The notes: a model not told the origin generated them from the sequence alone. 64,000 nucleotides of DNA from Alphaproteobacteria bacterium (GCA_964291675.2 OZ219865.1:768001-832000); one strand, 5' to 3'; shown: positions 9,893-20,407, numbered from the stretch's first letter. Translations and numbers: made by a program.

Positions 9893-10879
9893 TCAGTCGG
9901 TCATGCCCGCGTCTTTGGCGAGCTTGTAGAGGGCGTCCGCCCCGTCGCCGCAGCAATCGCGCGTGGTCTTCCACAGGCTCGTGCTCCAGGCCTTCTTGAC
10001 CAGGGCGGCCTTCTCCGGCGACAGGTGGAGCGTCTTCACGCCGAACCCGTCGAGCTTGGCGGTCTCGTCGGCGAGGATCTGCCTGCCCACCCACGGCATC
10101 TCGAGCTCGGTCTCGCGCCCGGCCGCCAGCAACACGCCCTTCTCCTTGTCGTTGAGCTTGTTCCACGAATCGAGGTTGACCAGGACCGGCACGTTGGACG
10201 TGCCGAAGGTCGGGCGGACGCGGTACTTGGCGACCTCGAAATGCTTCATCGACAGCATCCCGGCCGCCGGCCAGCAAGCGCCGTCGACCACGCCCTTCTC
10301 CAGCGCGGAATAGATCTGCGACCCGGGCAGCACGACCGGCGAGCCGCCGAGCGCGCGGATCACGCCGTGATAGGAGAGCGTGCCCCTGATCTTGCGGCCC
10401 TTCACGTCGCCCTCGGAGCTGAGCGGCTCCTTGAGGAACATGTGGTAGCCCGAGAAGCTCGCCGCCGGAAGGGTGACCATCTTCAGGTTGTTGTGCTTCT
10501 GGTAGTACTTGTCGACGAAGTCCCAGATGCCCGCCTCGCGGCGCTTCAGGGGGTCTATGTCGATCGTATCGACCACCAGGGCGATGCCCTTCGACCCGGC
10601 GTGGTAGACGCCATGGGTAAACAGCATGTCGAACACGCCCGAGGCGACCGGCTGGAGCTGTTCGAAGGGAGGCACGACCTCGGGTCCCGATATGCTGATC
10701 TTGACGGTGTCGCCGCCGATCTCCTCCACATTGTCCAAGAACTGCTGGAGCACCGCGTAGGTCGGCCAGTTGTTCTTGTTCCAGCTGGTCAGCAGCTTGA
10801 GGCTCGCCGCCTCGACGGCGCCGGCCATGGCGACCGCAAGCGCCGCGCCGGCGAGCGGCGCGGTCCACATCCTCTTCAT
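9893..10879 (-). CDS. dctP: TRAP substrate-binding protein DctP
   Basis: Signal peptide; KGRKIRG; IYSALEKGVVDG. Confidence 0.92.
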   Translation of the reverse strand: MKRMWTAPLAGAALAVAMAGAVEAASLKLLTSWNKNNWPTYAVLQQFLDNVEEIGGDTVKISISGPEVVPPFEQLQPVASGVFDMLFTHGVYHAGSKGIALVVDTIDIDPLKRREAGIWDFVDKYYQKHNNLKMVTLPAASFSGYHMFLKEPLSSEGDVKGRKIRGTLSYHGVIRALGGSPVVLPGSQIYSALEKGVVDGACWPAAGMLSMKHFEVAKYRVRPTFGTSNVPVLVNLDSWNKLNDKEKGVLLAAGRETELEMPWVGRQILADETAKLDGFGVKTLHLSPEKAALVKKAWSTSLWKTTRDCCGDGADALYKLAKDAGMTD

Positions 10880-11027
10880 GTCGGGTTCCTCCCAATTGTT
10901 CTCCGGCCGGTGCCGGCGGCGCCATTTAATCAACCGGCCCATGGCGGGACAAGACCGGCCTGGCATGACAACGGCGGGCCGCGCTGCCACAGTGCCGCCG
11001 GACATCGAACGGGGAGACAGCGATCAC

Positions 11028-11786
11028 ATGACCGGCCCGACCACGCGCATCGGCAGCGCCACCTCGGACACCTCGCAATTCCGCATGCGCGGCAAGGACG
11101 TGCTGTCGGAGATCGTAGGCCATATGAGCTTCACCGAGGCCTTCTACTTCATCGTCACCGGCCGCGAGCTCACCCGGGAGCAGGGGCGCATCTTCGATGC
11201 CTGCGTGATCGTGCTGATGGACCACGGCATCACGCCGCAGGCCCTGGTCTCCCGGCTGGTGCACGACGCGGTGCCGACCGACCTCCAGGTCCCGGTCGCC
11301 TCCGGGCTGCTGATGGTGGGCAACAAGTTCGCCGGCACCATGGCCGGCTGCGGCCGGCTCCTGCAGGACTGCATGGCGCAGGACGGCGACCGCCGCGCCT
11401 GGCTCGCCGACACGGTCGCCTCGTTCCGCGCCCAGCGCCGCTTCGTCCCGGGCTTCGGCCACCCCTATTACAAGCCGGAGGACCCGCGCGCCGCCCGCCT
11501 GTTCGAGATCGCCGAGGCCAACGGCGCCAGGGGCGAGTACATCGCGCTGGTCAAGACGCTCGGCGAGGAGGTCGACCGGGCGACCGGCCGGCACCTGACG
11601 CTGAACGTCACCGGCGCGCTGGGCGCGGTGCTGAGCGAGATCGACTTCCCGGTCGAGGTCATGCGGGCGTGCTCGGTGGTCGGCCGCGCCGCCGGGCTGG
11701 TGGCGCACGTGCTGGAGGAGCAGTCCAGCCCGATCGTGCCCGACGTGGTCGATTTCGTGAACGCGATCCCCTACGTCGAGGAGTGA
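11028..11786 (+). CDS. Citryl-CoA lyase / citrate synthase-like protein
   Basis: LMDHG, VPGFGHPY, DPRA, LNVTGA, RAAGLVAH. Confidence 0.85.
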   Translation: MTGPTTRIGSATSDTSQFRMRGKDVLSEIVGHMSFTEAFYFIVTGRELTREQGRIFDACVIVLMDHGITPQALVSRLVHDAVPTDLQVPVASGLLMVGNKFAGTMAGCGRLLQDCMAQDGDRRAWLADTVASFRAQRRFVPGFGHPYYKPEDPRAARLFEIAEANGARGEYIALVKTLGEEVDRATGRHLTLNVTGALGAVLSEIDFPVEVMRACSVVGRAAGLVAHVLEEQSSPIVPDVVDFVNAIPYVEE

Positions 11787-11805
11787 GCGGGGCTGCGCCC
11801 CGTCC

Positions 11806-12171
11806 CTACCACAGCCAGCTCGCCGGGTCGGGGTAGGGCTCAGACCTGGCCAGGGATTTGAGGCCCTTCACGCTGCGCACGATCCACCACACCAGCCCCG
11901 CGAGCAGCACGACGTAGCCGACAAGGAAGAACGAGCCCACCGCGCCGACCACGCCGATGAGAAGGCCGATCCAGAAACTGCGGATCTGAAGCCGGTAGTG
12001 GCTGGCGACCCACTCGGCGGCGTCGCCCCGGTTCACATAGGACATGATCAGCCCGACGATGGCGAGCGGCCAGAAGACGATGGCGACGAGGTAGAGGATG
12101 TAGACGATGTTCGCGGTGCCGGCGCCCGCCGCCTCCTCAGCTCCGGCAGGCTGGATTTCGGTGTTCGGCAT
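11806..12171 (-). CDS. Small membrane protein (DUF4870-like)
   Basis: IVYILYL...SHYRLQIRSFW...PDPASW pattern. Confidence 0.8.
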   Translation of the reverse strand: MPNTEIQPAGAEEAAGAGTANIVYILYLVAIVFWPLAIVGLIMSYVNRGDAAEWVASHYRLQIRSFWIGLLIGVVGAVGSFFLVGYVVLLAGLVWWIVRSVKGLKSLARSEPYPDPASWLW

Positions 12172-12287
12172 CGGTTTCCCCCCGCTGTGGCAGCCATGCT
12201 GCCGACCGGCTCAGAAGCGATACCTTATACAATCCTGAGTTGTAGCAGGCCAGCGGGAAGCCCCGCCCGACCGCCCGGCGCCGCGTC

Positions 12288-13403
12288 TCAGGGCGCGTCG
12301 GCCGTGTCGATGTGGATGTGCACCGGCTCCGGGCCGTCCTCGATCTCGCGGCCGAGCACCCGGACCGCCTTCTCCGCCTCGGCGACCGGGTAGCTGTGGG
12401 TGCACAGCACCGCGAGCTCGCGCCAGCGCGATTTCAGGATGTCGATCGCCTTCACGGTGTCGATCCAGTCCGACGACAGCACGCCGAGCAGCGAGATCTC
12501 GCGGAACACCAGCTTGTCGGTGTAGAGGTCGTTCAGCGCGTTGTCGGTCTTGAGGCCGGCGACGACGACGTTGCCGCCCTTGCGCACCATGTCGACGGCC
12601 TGGAGCAGCGGCTCGGTCGCGTGCGCCGATACGTCGACCACCACGTCGGCGCCGTGCCCGCCGGTGAGCGCGCGCACGCGCTCGACCGGGTCTTCGACGC
12701 TCACGTCGATCGTCGCGTCGGCGCCGAGCGCGCGGGCGAGCTCCAGGCGCCTCGCATCCGCGCCGGTGCCGGTCACGATCACCTGCCCGGCGCCGAGCTC
12801 GCGCGCCACCACCACCGAGAGCAGCCCGCGCTGGCCGGGACCGGAGATCGCCACCGTGTCGCCGGCGCGGGTCCGCGGCCGTTCGCCGGCCCAGCGCACC
12901 GCGTTGGACAGCGGGTTGAACAGGCTGAGCGCGTCGGTCGGGATGTCGTCGGGCGCCCGGTGGAGCCGGGTCCGGGGGTGGAGGTAGAGGTGGCTCGCGT
13001 ATCCGCCCCAGAGATGGGGCGGCGTGTCGAACCCCATGCGCAGCCCGTACCCCATGTTGCTGTCGCAAAGGACGGTGCGGTTGTCCCGGCAGTAGCGGCA
13101 CTCGCCGCAGCCGATGGACGTCTCGACGATCACCCGGTCGCCTTCCTTCACCCCCCAGCGCCTGAGCGCGTCCGGACCCGCGCGGTCGATCCAGCCGAAG
13201 ATCTCGTGCCCCGGGACGATCGGGAACAGGCCGCGCCCCGACGCGCCGAGCCGCCCGTCGTATTGCTCGTAATCGGTGCCGCAGATCCCGGCCGCCTCCA
13301 CGCGGAGCACGCCGTCATCGGCGCCGATCCCGGGGATCGCCACCTCGCGGTAATCGAACGCGCGCGGCCCGGTCAGCACCGCCGCGAAGGCCGGGTCCGC
13401 CAC
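12288..13403 (-). CDS. Zinc-binding alcohol dehydrogenase (MDR family)
   Basis: GICGTD, PGHE, CGECRYC...C structural Zn site, GPGQRG. Confidence 0.92.
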   Translation of the reverse strand: MADPAFAAVLTGPRAFDYREVAIPGIGADDGVLRVEAAGICGTDYEQYDGRLGASGRGLFPIVPGHEIFGWIDRAGPDALRRWGVKEGDRVIVETSIGCGECRYCRDNRTVLCDSNMGYGLRMGFDTPPHLWGGYASHLYLHPRTRLHRAPDDIPTDALSLFNPLSNAVRWAGERPRTRAGDTVAISGPGQRGLLSVVVARELGAGQVIVTGTGADARRLELARALGADATIDVSVEDPVERVRALTGGHGADVVVDVSAHATEPLLQAVDMVRKGGNVVVAGLKTDNALNDLYTDKLVFREISLLGVLSSDWIDTVKAIDILKSRWRELAVLCTHSYPVAEAEKAVRVLGREIEDGPEPVHIHIDTADAP

Positions 13404-13501
13404 CGTCGCCCTCCCGCTTGATTCTTCGCCGCCGGCGGGAAATCATAGCAGCCGCCTGACCGGCCCGCGAGGCGGGCGCAATCGAACCCGGGAATATCCG
13501 C

Positions 13502-14668
13502 ATGACCGCATGCATGGTGGGCTGGTCCCACACCAAGTTCGGCAAGCACGAGGACCGCGACCTCGAATCGCTGATCGCCGAGGTGACGCTGGGCGCGCTG
13601 GAGGACGCGGGCGTGGCCCCGGCGGATATCGACGAGATCTATATCGGCCACTGCAATGGCGGCTTCGTGCGCCAGGAGTTCCCCTCCTCGCTGGTCCTCC
13701 AGGCGCATGACGATCTGCGCTTCACGCCGTCGACCCGGGTGGAGAACGCCTGCGCGACCGGATCGGCGGCGATCCACCAGGGGATGAACGCGATCGCCGC
13801 CCGCAAGGCACGCCGCGTGCTGGTGGTCGGCGTCGAGAAGATGACCGAGCTCGCCGGCGCGGCGATCGGCGAGGTGCTGGTCAAGGCGAGCTACGTCAAG
13901 GAGGAAGGCGGCGAGAACGGCAGCTTCGCCGCCATCTTCGGCCGCATCGCCGAGCGCTACTACCAGCAATACGGCGACCAAACGGACGTGCTGGCGAAGA
14001 TCGCCGCCAAGAACCACGCCAACGGCGCGGTCAACCCGCTCGCCCATTTCCAGAAGGATCTCGGCTTCGAGTTCTGCCGCACGCCCTCCGACAGGAACCC
14101 GATCGTCGCCGGACCGCTCAAGCGGACCGACTGCTCGCCGGTCACCGACGGCGCGGCGGCGCTGGTGCTGACCGATTTCGACACCGCGCTCTCCCACGAC
14201 AAGGCGGTGGTGTTCCGCGCCGCCCGCCACGTCAACGAGTTCCTGCCGATGAGCCGCCGCGACCCGACGCGTTTCGAAGGCGCCGAGCGGGTCTGGCGGC
14301 ACGCCTTCGAGGACTCGGGGCTCTTGCTCGACGATCTCGACCTGCTGGAGGTGCACGATTGCTTCACCATCGCCGAGCTGATGATCTACGAGGCGCTCGG
14401 CCTGACCGCGCGCGGCGAAGGCGCGATCGCGGTCGAGGAGGGCTGGACCGAGAAGACCGGCAGGCTGCCGATCAACCCGTCCGGCGGGCTCAAGTCCAAG
14501 GGCCACCCGATCGGCGCGACGGGCGTCTCGATGCACGTGATGGCGGCGATGCAGGTGCGCGGCGATGCCGGGCCGATCCAGGTGCCGGACGCCAGGCTCG
14601 CCGGCGTGTTCAACATGGGCGGCAGCGGCGTCGCCAACTACGCGAGCATCCTGGAGCCGCTCCGCTGA
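13502..14668 (+). CDS. Thiolase-like acetyl-CoA acetyltransferase (SCP2 type)
   Basis: VENACATG, EVHDCFT, GHPIGATG, FNMGG. Confidence 0.9.
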   Translation: MTACMVGWSHTKFGKHEDRDLESLIAEVTLGALEDAGVAPADIDEIYIGHCNGGFVRQEFPSSLVLQAHDDLRFTPSTRVENACATGSAAIHQGMNAIAARKARRVLVVGVEKMTELAGAAIGEVLVKASYVKEEGGENGSFAAIFGRIAERYYQQYGDQTDVLAKIAAKNHANGAVNPLAHFQKDLGFEFCRTPSDRNPIVAGPLKRTDCSPVTDGAAALVLTDFDTALSHDKAVVFRAARHVNEFLPMSRRDPTRFEGAERVWRHAFEDSGLLLDDLDLLEVHDCFTIAELMIYEALGLTARGEGAIAVEEGWTEKTGRLPINPSGGLKSKGHPIGATGVSMHVMAAMQVRGDAGPIQVPDARLAGVFNMGGSGVANYASILEPLR

Positions 14669-14693
14669 TCCGGTAGGGGGCGGAAACCCGGCG

Positions 14694-17054
14694 ATGGGCG
14701 AGTTCGCGCTCGGCCAGCCCGTGCCGCGGCTCGAGGACCCGGCGCTGCTGACCGGGCGCGGCCTGTTCGCCGACGACGCGGGGGTGGATTTTTCGGGCGC
14801 GCTGCACGGCTACGTGCTGCGCGCGCCGCACGCCAACGCCCGCTTCGGCCCGATCGACGCGTCCGCCGCCCGCGCGATGCCGGGCATCGCCGCCGTGCTG
14901 ACGGCGGACGACTACATCGCCGAGGGTCTCGGCCCGATCCCGCATATCGGACCGCCGGTGAAGCGCCGCGGCGGCGGGGAGCCGGCGAGCCCGCCCTACT
15001 ACCCGCTCGCCGCCGGCCATGCCCGCCATGTCGGCGAGGGCGTCGCCTTCGTGGTCGCCGACAGCATCGACCGCGCGAAGGACGCCGCCGAACGGATCGC
15101 CGTCGACTACGAGCCCCTGCCCACGGTCACCGAGACCGCGGCGCTGCTGGCGGACGGGGCGCCCGCGGTGTTCGAGGGCTGCCCGGACAACGAGTGCTTC
15201 CTGCACGAGGTGGGCGACCGCGCGGCGACGGACGCCGCCTTCGCGGCCGCCGACCGCGTGGTTCGCCGGCGCTTCGTGCTCAGCCGGGTGCTCGCCAACG
15301 CGCTGGAGCCGCGCGGCTGCGTGGCGGCCTACGACACCAGGGCCGGGCGGTTCTACCTGCGCGCGCCGGTGCAGCACCCCTTCGTCGTGCGCGGCGTGCT
15401 CGCCAACCGCATATTCGGCGTCGACGAGCGCGATTTCCATGTCGAGGTCGACGATGTCGGGGGCAGCTTCGGCAACAAGGCCAATGTCTATCCCGAATAT
15501 TTGCTGGCGCTGTGGGCGGCGCGCCGCCTCGGCTGCGCCATACGCTGGACCGGCGAACGCTCGGACGGGCATCTGAGCGACTATCACGGGCGCGACAACG
15601 TCACCGACGCCGAGCTCGCGCTGGACGCCGGGGGCCGCTTCACCGGGCTTCGCGTCAAGAGCACGGTCAATCTCGGCGCCTATCTCTCGCCGCTCGGCGC
15701 CGGCCCGGCGGTCAATAATCTGGGCTCGCTCGCCGGGGTCTATCGCACCCCCGCGGCCCATGTCGAGGTGCGCGGCGCGCTCGGCAACTGCCAGCCGACG
15801 GCGCCCTATCGCGGCGCCGGCCGGCCGGAAGCCGCCTTCGTCATCGAGCGGCTGATCGACGCCGCCGCGGACGATCTCGCCATCGACCGGATCGAGCTGC
15901 GCCGCCGCAACATGATCGGGCGCGGCGAGTTCCCCTTCGCCACCCCGCTCGGCTTCGTCTACGACTGCGGCGATTTCGAGACCGTGATGGACCGCGCGCT
16001 GGTGCTCGCCGGGGCCGGCGGCTTCGAGGACCGGCGGCGGGATGCGGCCCGCGACGGCAGGCTGCTCGGGCTCGGCGTCGCCAACGCCATCGAGCGCGCC
16101 GCGCCGCCCGGGCTGGAATACGCGGAGATCCGCTTCGCGCCGTCGGGGCGCGCCACCGTGCTGTGCGGCGCGACCGCCCAGGGCCAGGGCCACGCCACCG
16201 CCTTCGCCCAGCTCCTCGGCGACCGGCTCGGCCTCGCAGCCGAAGAGATCCGCTTCGTCCAGGGCGACACCGACCGCCTCGCCTTCGGCATGGGCGCCGG
16301 CGGGTCCCGGGTATCGGCGATGGGCTGCGCGGCGCTGCTGATCGCGGCCGACAAGGTGGTCGAGAAGGGCAGGCGAATCGCCGCGCATCTGCTGGAAGCC
16401 GCCGAGGACGACATCGAGTTCGCCGACGGGCGCTTCTCCATCGCCGGCACCGACCGGGGCGCGAGTCTCGGCGAGGTCGCGCAGGCCGCCTTCCAGCCGG
16501 CACGCCTCCCGCCCGACATCGAGCCCGGGCTGATCGAGAGCGGGACGTATCGCTCCAAGGTCGCGAGCTATCCCAACGGGTGCCATGTCTGCGAGGTCGA
16601 GATCGACCGCGAGACCGGCGTCGCCCGCATCCTCCGCTACGTGGTGGTCGACGATTTCGGCACCGTGATCAACCCGCTGCTGGTCAAGGGCCAGGTGCAT
16701 GGCGGCGTCGCCCAGGGGGCCGGCCAGGCGCTGATGGAACGCATGGTCTACGACCGGGACAGCGGGCAGATGATGGCGGGCTCGCTGATGGACTACGCGA
16801 TGCCGCGCAGCGACGATTTCTGCTCCTTCGAGGTCGAGAGCCACCCGGTGCCGACCTCCGTCAACCCGCTCGGCGTCAAGGGCGCCGGCGAGGCCGGCAC
16901 CGTCGGCGCCCTGCCGGCGGTGATCGGCGCGGTCAACGACGCCCTCGCCCCGCTCGGCATAGGCGACGTCGACATGCCGGCCACGCCGGAGCGGCTGTGG
17001 CGGGCGATAAGGCGGGCGTCCCTCGATACGGCGCTTCGCGCCTACTCGGGATGA
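14694..17054 (+). CDS. Xanthine dehydrogenase-family molybdopterin subunit (CoxL-like)
   Basis: PRLEDPALLTG, VGGSFG, YRGAGRPE, GQVHGG, KGAGEAG; last ~12 codons come from a REP-like repeat. Confidence 0.92.
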   Translation: MGEFALGQPVPRLEDPALLTGRGLFADDAGVDFSGALHGYVLRAPHANARFGPIDASAARAMPGIAAVLTADDYIAEGLGPIPHIGPPVKRRGGGEPASPPYYPLAAGHARHVGEGVAFVVADSIDRAKDAAERIAVDYEPLPTVTETAALLADGAPAVFEGCPDNECFLHEVGDRAATDAAFAAADRVVRRRFVLSRVLANALEPRGCVAAYDTRAGRFYLRAPVQHPFVVRGVLANRIFGVDERDFHVEVDDVGGSFGNKANVYPEYLLALWAARRLGCAIRWTGERSDGHLSDYHGRDNVTDAELALDAGGRFTGLRVKSTVNLGAYLSPLGAGPAVNNLGSLAGVYRTPAAHVEVRGALGNCQPTAPYRGAGRPEAAFVIERLIDAAADDLAIDRIELRRRNMIGRGEFPFATPLGFVYDCGDFETVMDRALVLAGAGGFEDRRRDAARDGRLLGLGVANAIERAAPPGLEYAEIRFAPSGRATVLCGATAQGQGHATAFAQLLGDRLGLAAEEIRFVQGDTDRLAFGMGAGGSRVSAMGCAALLIAADKVVEKGRRIAAHLLEAAEDDIEFADGRFSIAGTDRGASLGEVAQAAFQPARLPPDIEPGLIESGTYRSKVASYPNGCHVCEVEIDRETGVARILRYVVVDDFGTVINPLLVKGQVHGGVAQGAGQALMERMVYDRDSGQMMAGSLMDYAMPRSDDFCSFEVESHPVPTSVNPLGVKGAGEAGTVGALPAVIGAVNDALAPLGIGDVDMPATPERLWRAIRRASLDTALRAYSG

Positions 17055-17198
17055 GGGTGGAAAAAAGTCCTCATCCTGAGTAGCCCGCCGGAGGCGGGCG
17101 TATCGAAGGACGCGCCTACTCGGGACGAGGTTGGGGGGTTGGACGCTCATCCATCCCCTCATCCTGAGTAGCGGCGAAGCCGCGTATCGAAGAACGGC
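17018..17198. repeat. REP-like palindrome family B cluster (two doublets)
   Basis: TCCCTCGATACGGCGCTTCGCGCCTACTCGGGATGAGG with inverted partner CCTCATCCTGAGTAG...GTATCGAAGGA; recurs at 47.85, 49.34 and 63.25 kb. Confidence 0.9.
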
Positions 17199-17216
17199 AG
17201 GCGAAGCCCCGCCGGC

Positions 17217-17855
17217 TCAGTACAGCCTGGTCTCGTAGCTCTCTTTGATCCGCGCCTCGATCTCCTCCAGCGGGGTGTCGGTCTCGCGCTGGTCCCTGGT
17301 GATCTGGGCGAGCGTCGGAAACGCGCGGCGTTCGATGCGGGTATCGGGGTCCCACAGCCGGGCCCGCTTGAGCGCCTTGGCGCAGTGGAAGAACACCTCG
17401 TCGATCTCGACCAGGATGCCGAGCTCGGGCACCTTGCCGCGCACCGCCATGTCGGCCAGCGCAGCGGGGTCGTCGACCACCCGCGCGCGGCCCGAGGCGC
17501 GCAGCGTCTCCTCCACGCCGGGCAGAAGGAAGATCAGCGCGACCGAGTGCCCCGGATTCTCGACGATGTTGGACATCGTGTCGGCGCGCCGGTTGCCCGG
17601 GCGTTCGGGGATCAGGATGGTGCGGTCGTCGATCACCTTGACGAACCCGGCCGGATCGCCGCGCGGGCTGATATCGGCGCGCCCGTCGACGCCCACGGTC
17701 GAGATGAACAGGATCGGCGAGAGCGAGAGGAAGTGCCGCGCGTGCCTGTCGAGCAACGGCATCTCCTTCTCGGCGATCGAGGCGGTCGGCTCGCCGACTG
17801 CCTCGCGCAGCGCGTCATAGGCTTCGATCGAGCTCAGCCCGGCGTCATCCGTCAT
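17217..17855 (-). CDS. PPOX-class FMN-binding protein (MSMEG_1061-like)
   Basis: DISPRGDPAGFV, PERPGNRRADT..N, FHCAKA..RA.LW. Confidence 0.88.
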   Translation of the reverse strand: MTDDAGLSSIEAYDALREAVGEPTASIAEKEMPLLDRHARHFLSLSPILFISTVGVDGRADISPRGDPAGFVKVIDDRTILIPERPGNRRADTMSNIVENPGHSVALIFLLPGVEETLRASGRARVVDDPAALADMAVRGKVPELGILVEIDEVFFHCAKALKRARLWDPDTRIERRAFPTLAQITRDQRETDTPLEEIEARIKESYETRLY

Positions 17856-17948
17856 CGTCCCGCTCCCGAAATTTCCCGGACTGTCGCGCGGGCGGGGCGC
17901 CGATGCAAGAGCTTGACGATGCGCCGCGCGATGTGGGACGGAAACGCC

Positions 17949-19484
17949 ATGAACCTCGCGCAGCTCCTCGCCAGGTCCGCCCGCGCCTGGTCGGACCGCA
18001 TTGCGGTCGCCCTCGGCGGCGACCCGGTGCTGTCCTATCGCGCCCTCGCCGACAGGGCCGCGCGCATCGCCGCCGGCTTGCGCGACATCCACGGCCTCCG
18101 CCCGGGCGACCGGGTCGCGCTGGCGATGACCAACACGCCCGACTACCTGGAAGCGCTGTTCGCGGCCTGGCATGGCGGATTCGCGGCCGTGCCGATCAAC
18201 GCCAAGCTGCACCCGCGCGAGTTCGCCTACATCCTCGGCGATTCGGGCGCCAGGGTCTGCATCGCGACCGAGGACGTCGCCGAGGCGATCGCCGGCATCG
18301 CCGACGACCTGCCCGATCTCGGAGCGGCGATCGCGGCGGGCTCGCGGGATTACGCCCGGCTCCGCGCCGCCGAGCCCGGCCCGATGGCGGAAATTTCACC
18401 CGACGACCTCGCCTGGCTGTTCTACACCTCGGGCACCACGGGACGACCCAAGGGCGCGATGCTGAGCCACCGCAACCTGCTGGTCATGACCCTCAGCTAC
18501 TTCGCCGATGTCGACCAGGTGGGGGCGGACAGCGCCATCGTCCACGCCGCGCCGATGTCGCACGGCTCCGGCATGTACCTGCTGCCGCATATCGCCAAGG
18601 GCGGGTGCCAGGTAATCCCCGAGAGCCGGGGCTTTGGCGGCGACGAGTTTCTTGCCCTGCTCCCGTTCCACCGCAACGTCACGGCGTTCTTCGCGCCGAC
18701 CATGGTGACCCGGCTGGTCAACGCGCCGTCGCTCGGCGCGGCCGACCTCTCGAACCTGCGCACCATCGTCTATGGCGGCGGGCCGATGTACGCCGAGGAC
18801 TGCCTGCGCGCGCTCGATGCGCTGGGGCCGTGCCTGGTGCAGATCTACGGCCAGGGCGAATCGCCGATGACCATCACCGGGCTGTCGCGCGCCGCCCATC
18901 TCGACCGCGAGCATCCGCGCTACATGGAGCGCCTCGGCTCGGTCGGGATCGCGCGCACCGATGTCGAGGTCCGGGTGTGCGACGGCGACGACGCGGATGT
19001 GGCGCCGGGCGAGGTCGGCGAGGTGCTGGTGCGCGGCGACGTGGTGATGACCGGCTACTGGCGCAACCCGGAGGCCACCGCCGAGGCGCTGCGGGGCGGC
19101 TGGCTGCATACCGGCGACATGGGCGCGTTCGACGAGGACGGCTATCTGACGCTGAAGGACCGCTCCAAGGACCTGATCATCTCGGGCGGCTCCAACATCT
19201 ACCCGCGCGAGGTGGAAGAGGTTCTGCTCCGGCATCCCGGGGTGCTGGAGGTCTCGGTGATCGGCCGCCCGCATGACGACATGGGCGAGCAGGTGGTCGC
19301 CTATGTGGTCCCGCGCGCGGGCGCGGCGCCGGAGGCGGCGGCGCTCGATGCGCTCTGCATCGAGAACATGGCCCGCTTCAAGCGCCCGCGCGCCTACCGC
19401 TTCATCGACGCGCTGCCCAAGAACAACTACGGCAAGGTGCTCAAGACCGAGCTGCGCAAGACCGAGGCGGACGCCGAGACCTAG
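17949..19484 (+). CDS. AMP-dependent acyl-CoA synthetase
   Basis: YTSGTTGRPKG, YGQGE, WLHTGD, PKNNYGK. Confidence 0.95.
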   Translation: MNLAQLLARSARAWSDRIAVALGGDPVLSYRALADRAARIAAGLRDIHGLRPGDRVALAMTNTPDYLEALFAAWHGGFAAVPINAKLHPREFAYILGDSGARVCIATEDVAEAIAGIADDLPDLGAAIAAGSRDYARLRAAEPGPMAEISPDDLAWLFYTSGTTGRPKGAMLSHRNLLVMTLSYFADVDQVGADSAIVHAAPMSHGSGMYLLPHIAKGGCQVIPESRGFGGDEFLALLPFHRNVTAFFAPTMVTRLVNAPSLGAADLSNLRTIVYGGGPMYAEDCLRALDALGPCLVQIYGQGESPMTITGLSRAAHLDREHPRYMERLGSVGIARTDVEVRVCDGDDADVAPGEVGEVLVRGDVVMTGYWRNPEATAEALRGGWLHTGDMGAFDEDGYLTLKDRSKDLIISGGSNIYPREVEEVLLRHPGVLEVSVIGRPHDDMGEQVVAYVVPRAGAAPEAAALDALCIENMARFKRPRAYRFIDALPKNNYGKVLKTELRKTEADAET

Positions 19485-20407
19485 CCCCCCGCCCGCGCGC
19501 CGGCCGCAATGCCGGCCTCCGCCGCGTAGGCCCCGGCGGCGACCTTGCCGCCGCCCTCGGGACGCGCGCGGCCGACCGAGACGTGGCCGCCCCCGGCCGC
19601 GATGACCAGCCCGCCCTCGCCCGCCGCGACGATCTCGCCGGGCGCGCCGCCCGCCCCGTCGACGCGCCGCGACTCGAAGAGCTGGACGGTGGTGCCGCCG
19701 ATCGCGGTCCACGCGCCGGGGGCCGGGTCGGCGCCGCGGATCAGGTTGTGCACCTCCGCGGCCGGCTTCGTCCAGTCGATCTCCACGTCCGCCTTGCGGC
19801 ACCAGCTCTCATAGGTCGCCCGGCTCTCGTCCTGCACGATCCTGGGCGCGCTGCCGTCCCGCACCAGGTCGACGCTCTCGATCATCGCCTCGACGCCGAG
19901 CGGGAACAGCTTGTCGAAATAGACCGTCCCCAGCGTGTCGTTCTCCAGGATGTCGACCTCCTTCTGCATCAGGATCGGGCCGGTATCGAGGCCGTTGTCG
20001 GGCCAGAAGATGGAGAGCCCGGTCCGGGTCGCGCCCTGGATGATCGGCCAGTTGATCGAGCTCGGCCCGCGATGCAGGGGGAGCAGCGAGGGGTGGTACT
20101 GGATCGTGCCCTTGCCCGGGATGTGGAGGAAGTCCTCGGGCACGAACAGCGTCACGAAGGCCATCACCCCGAGATCGGGCTTCAGCGCCCGGTACGCGTC
20201 CCATACGGCGGGCTCCTTGTAGGAGGGCGGCTGCAACAGCTCGATCCCCTTCTCCAGCGCGGCTTCCTTCAGAGGGTCGGGGCGCCTTCCCTCCCGGTCG
20301 GGCGCGCAATAGACCGCGATCACCTCCTCGCCGCGTTCGAGCAGCGCCTCCAGCACCGCCTTCCCGAACGCCTGCTGTCCGATCAGGGCTATGCGCATAG
20401 CGGCCAT
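19481..20407 (-). CDS. Formyltransferase, Fmt / 10-formyl-THF dehydrogenase N-terminal type
   Basis: IGQQAFG, QYHPSLLP..RGPSSINW, GLDTGPIL. Confidence 0.88.
   Translation of the reverse strand: MAAMRIALIGQQAFGKAVLEALLERGEEVIAVYCAPDREGRRPDPLKEAALEKGIELLQPPSYKEPAVWDAYRALKPDLGVMAFVTLFVPEDFLHIPGKGTIQYHPSLLPLHRGPSSINWPIIQGATRTGLSIFWPDNGLDTGPILMQKEVDILENDTLGTVYFDKLFPLGVEAMIESVDLVRDGSAPRIVQDESRATYESWCRKADVEIDWTKPAAEVHNLIRGADPAPGAWTAIGGTTVQLFESRRVDGAGGAPGEIVAAGEGGLVIAAGGGHVSVGRARPEGGGKVAAGAYAAEAGIAAGARAGG

Noticed and set aside
14694-17054. True aerobic CO dehydrogenase
   Set aside because: Active-site loop is PYRGAGR rather than AYXCSFR, and there is no adjacent coxS/coxM.
19481-20407. Housekeeping fmt
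   Set aside because: No def neighbour, and motifs (IGQ..FG, SSINW) fit the FDH-N-like paralog class, so no symbol was assigned.
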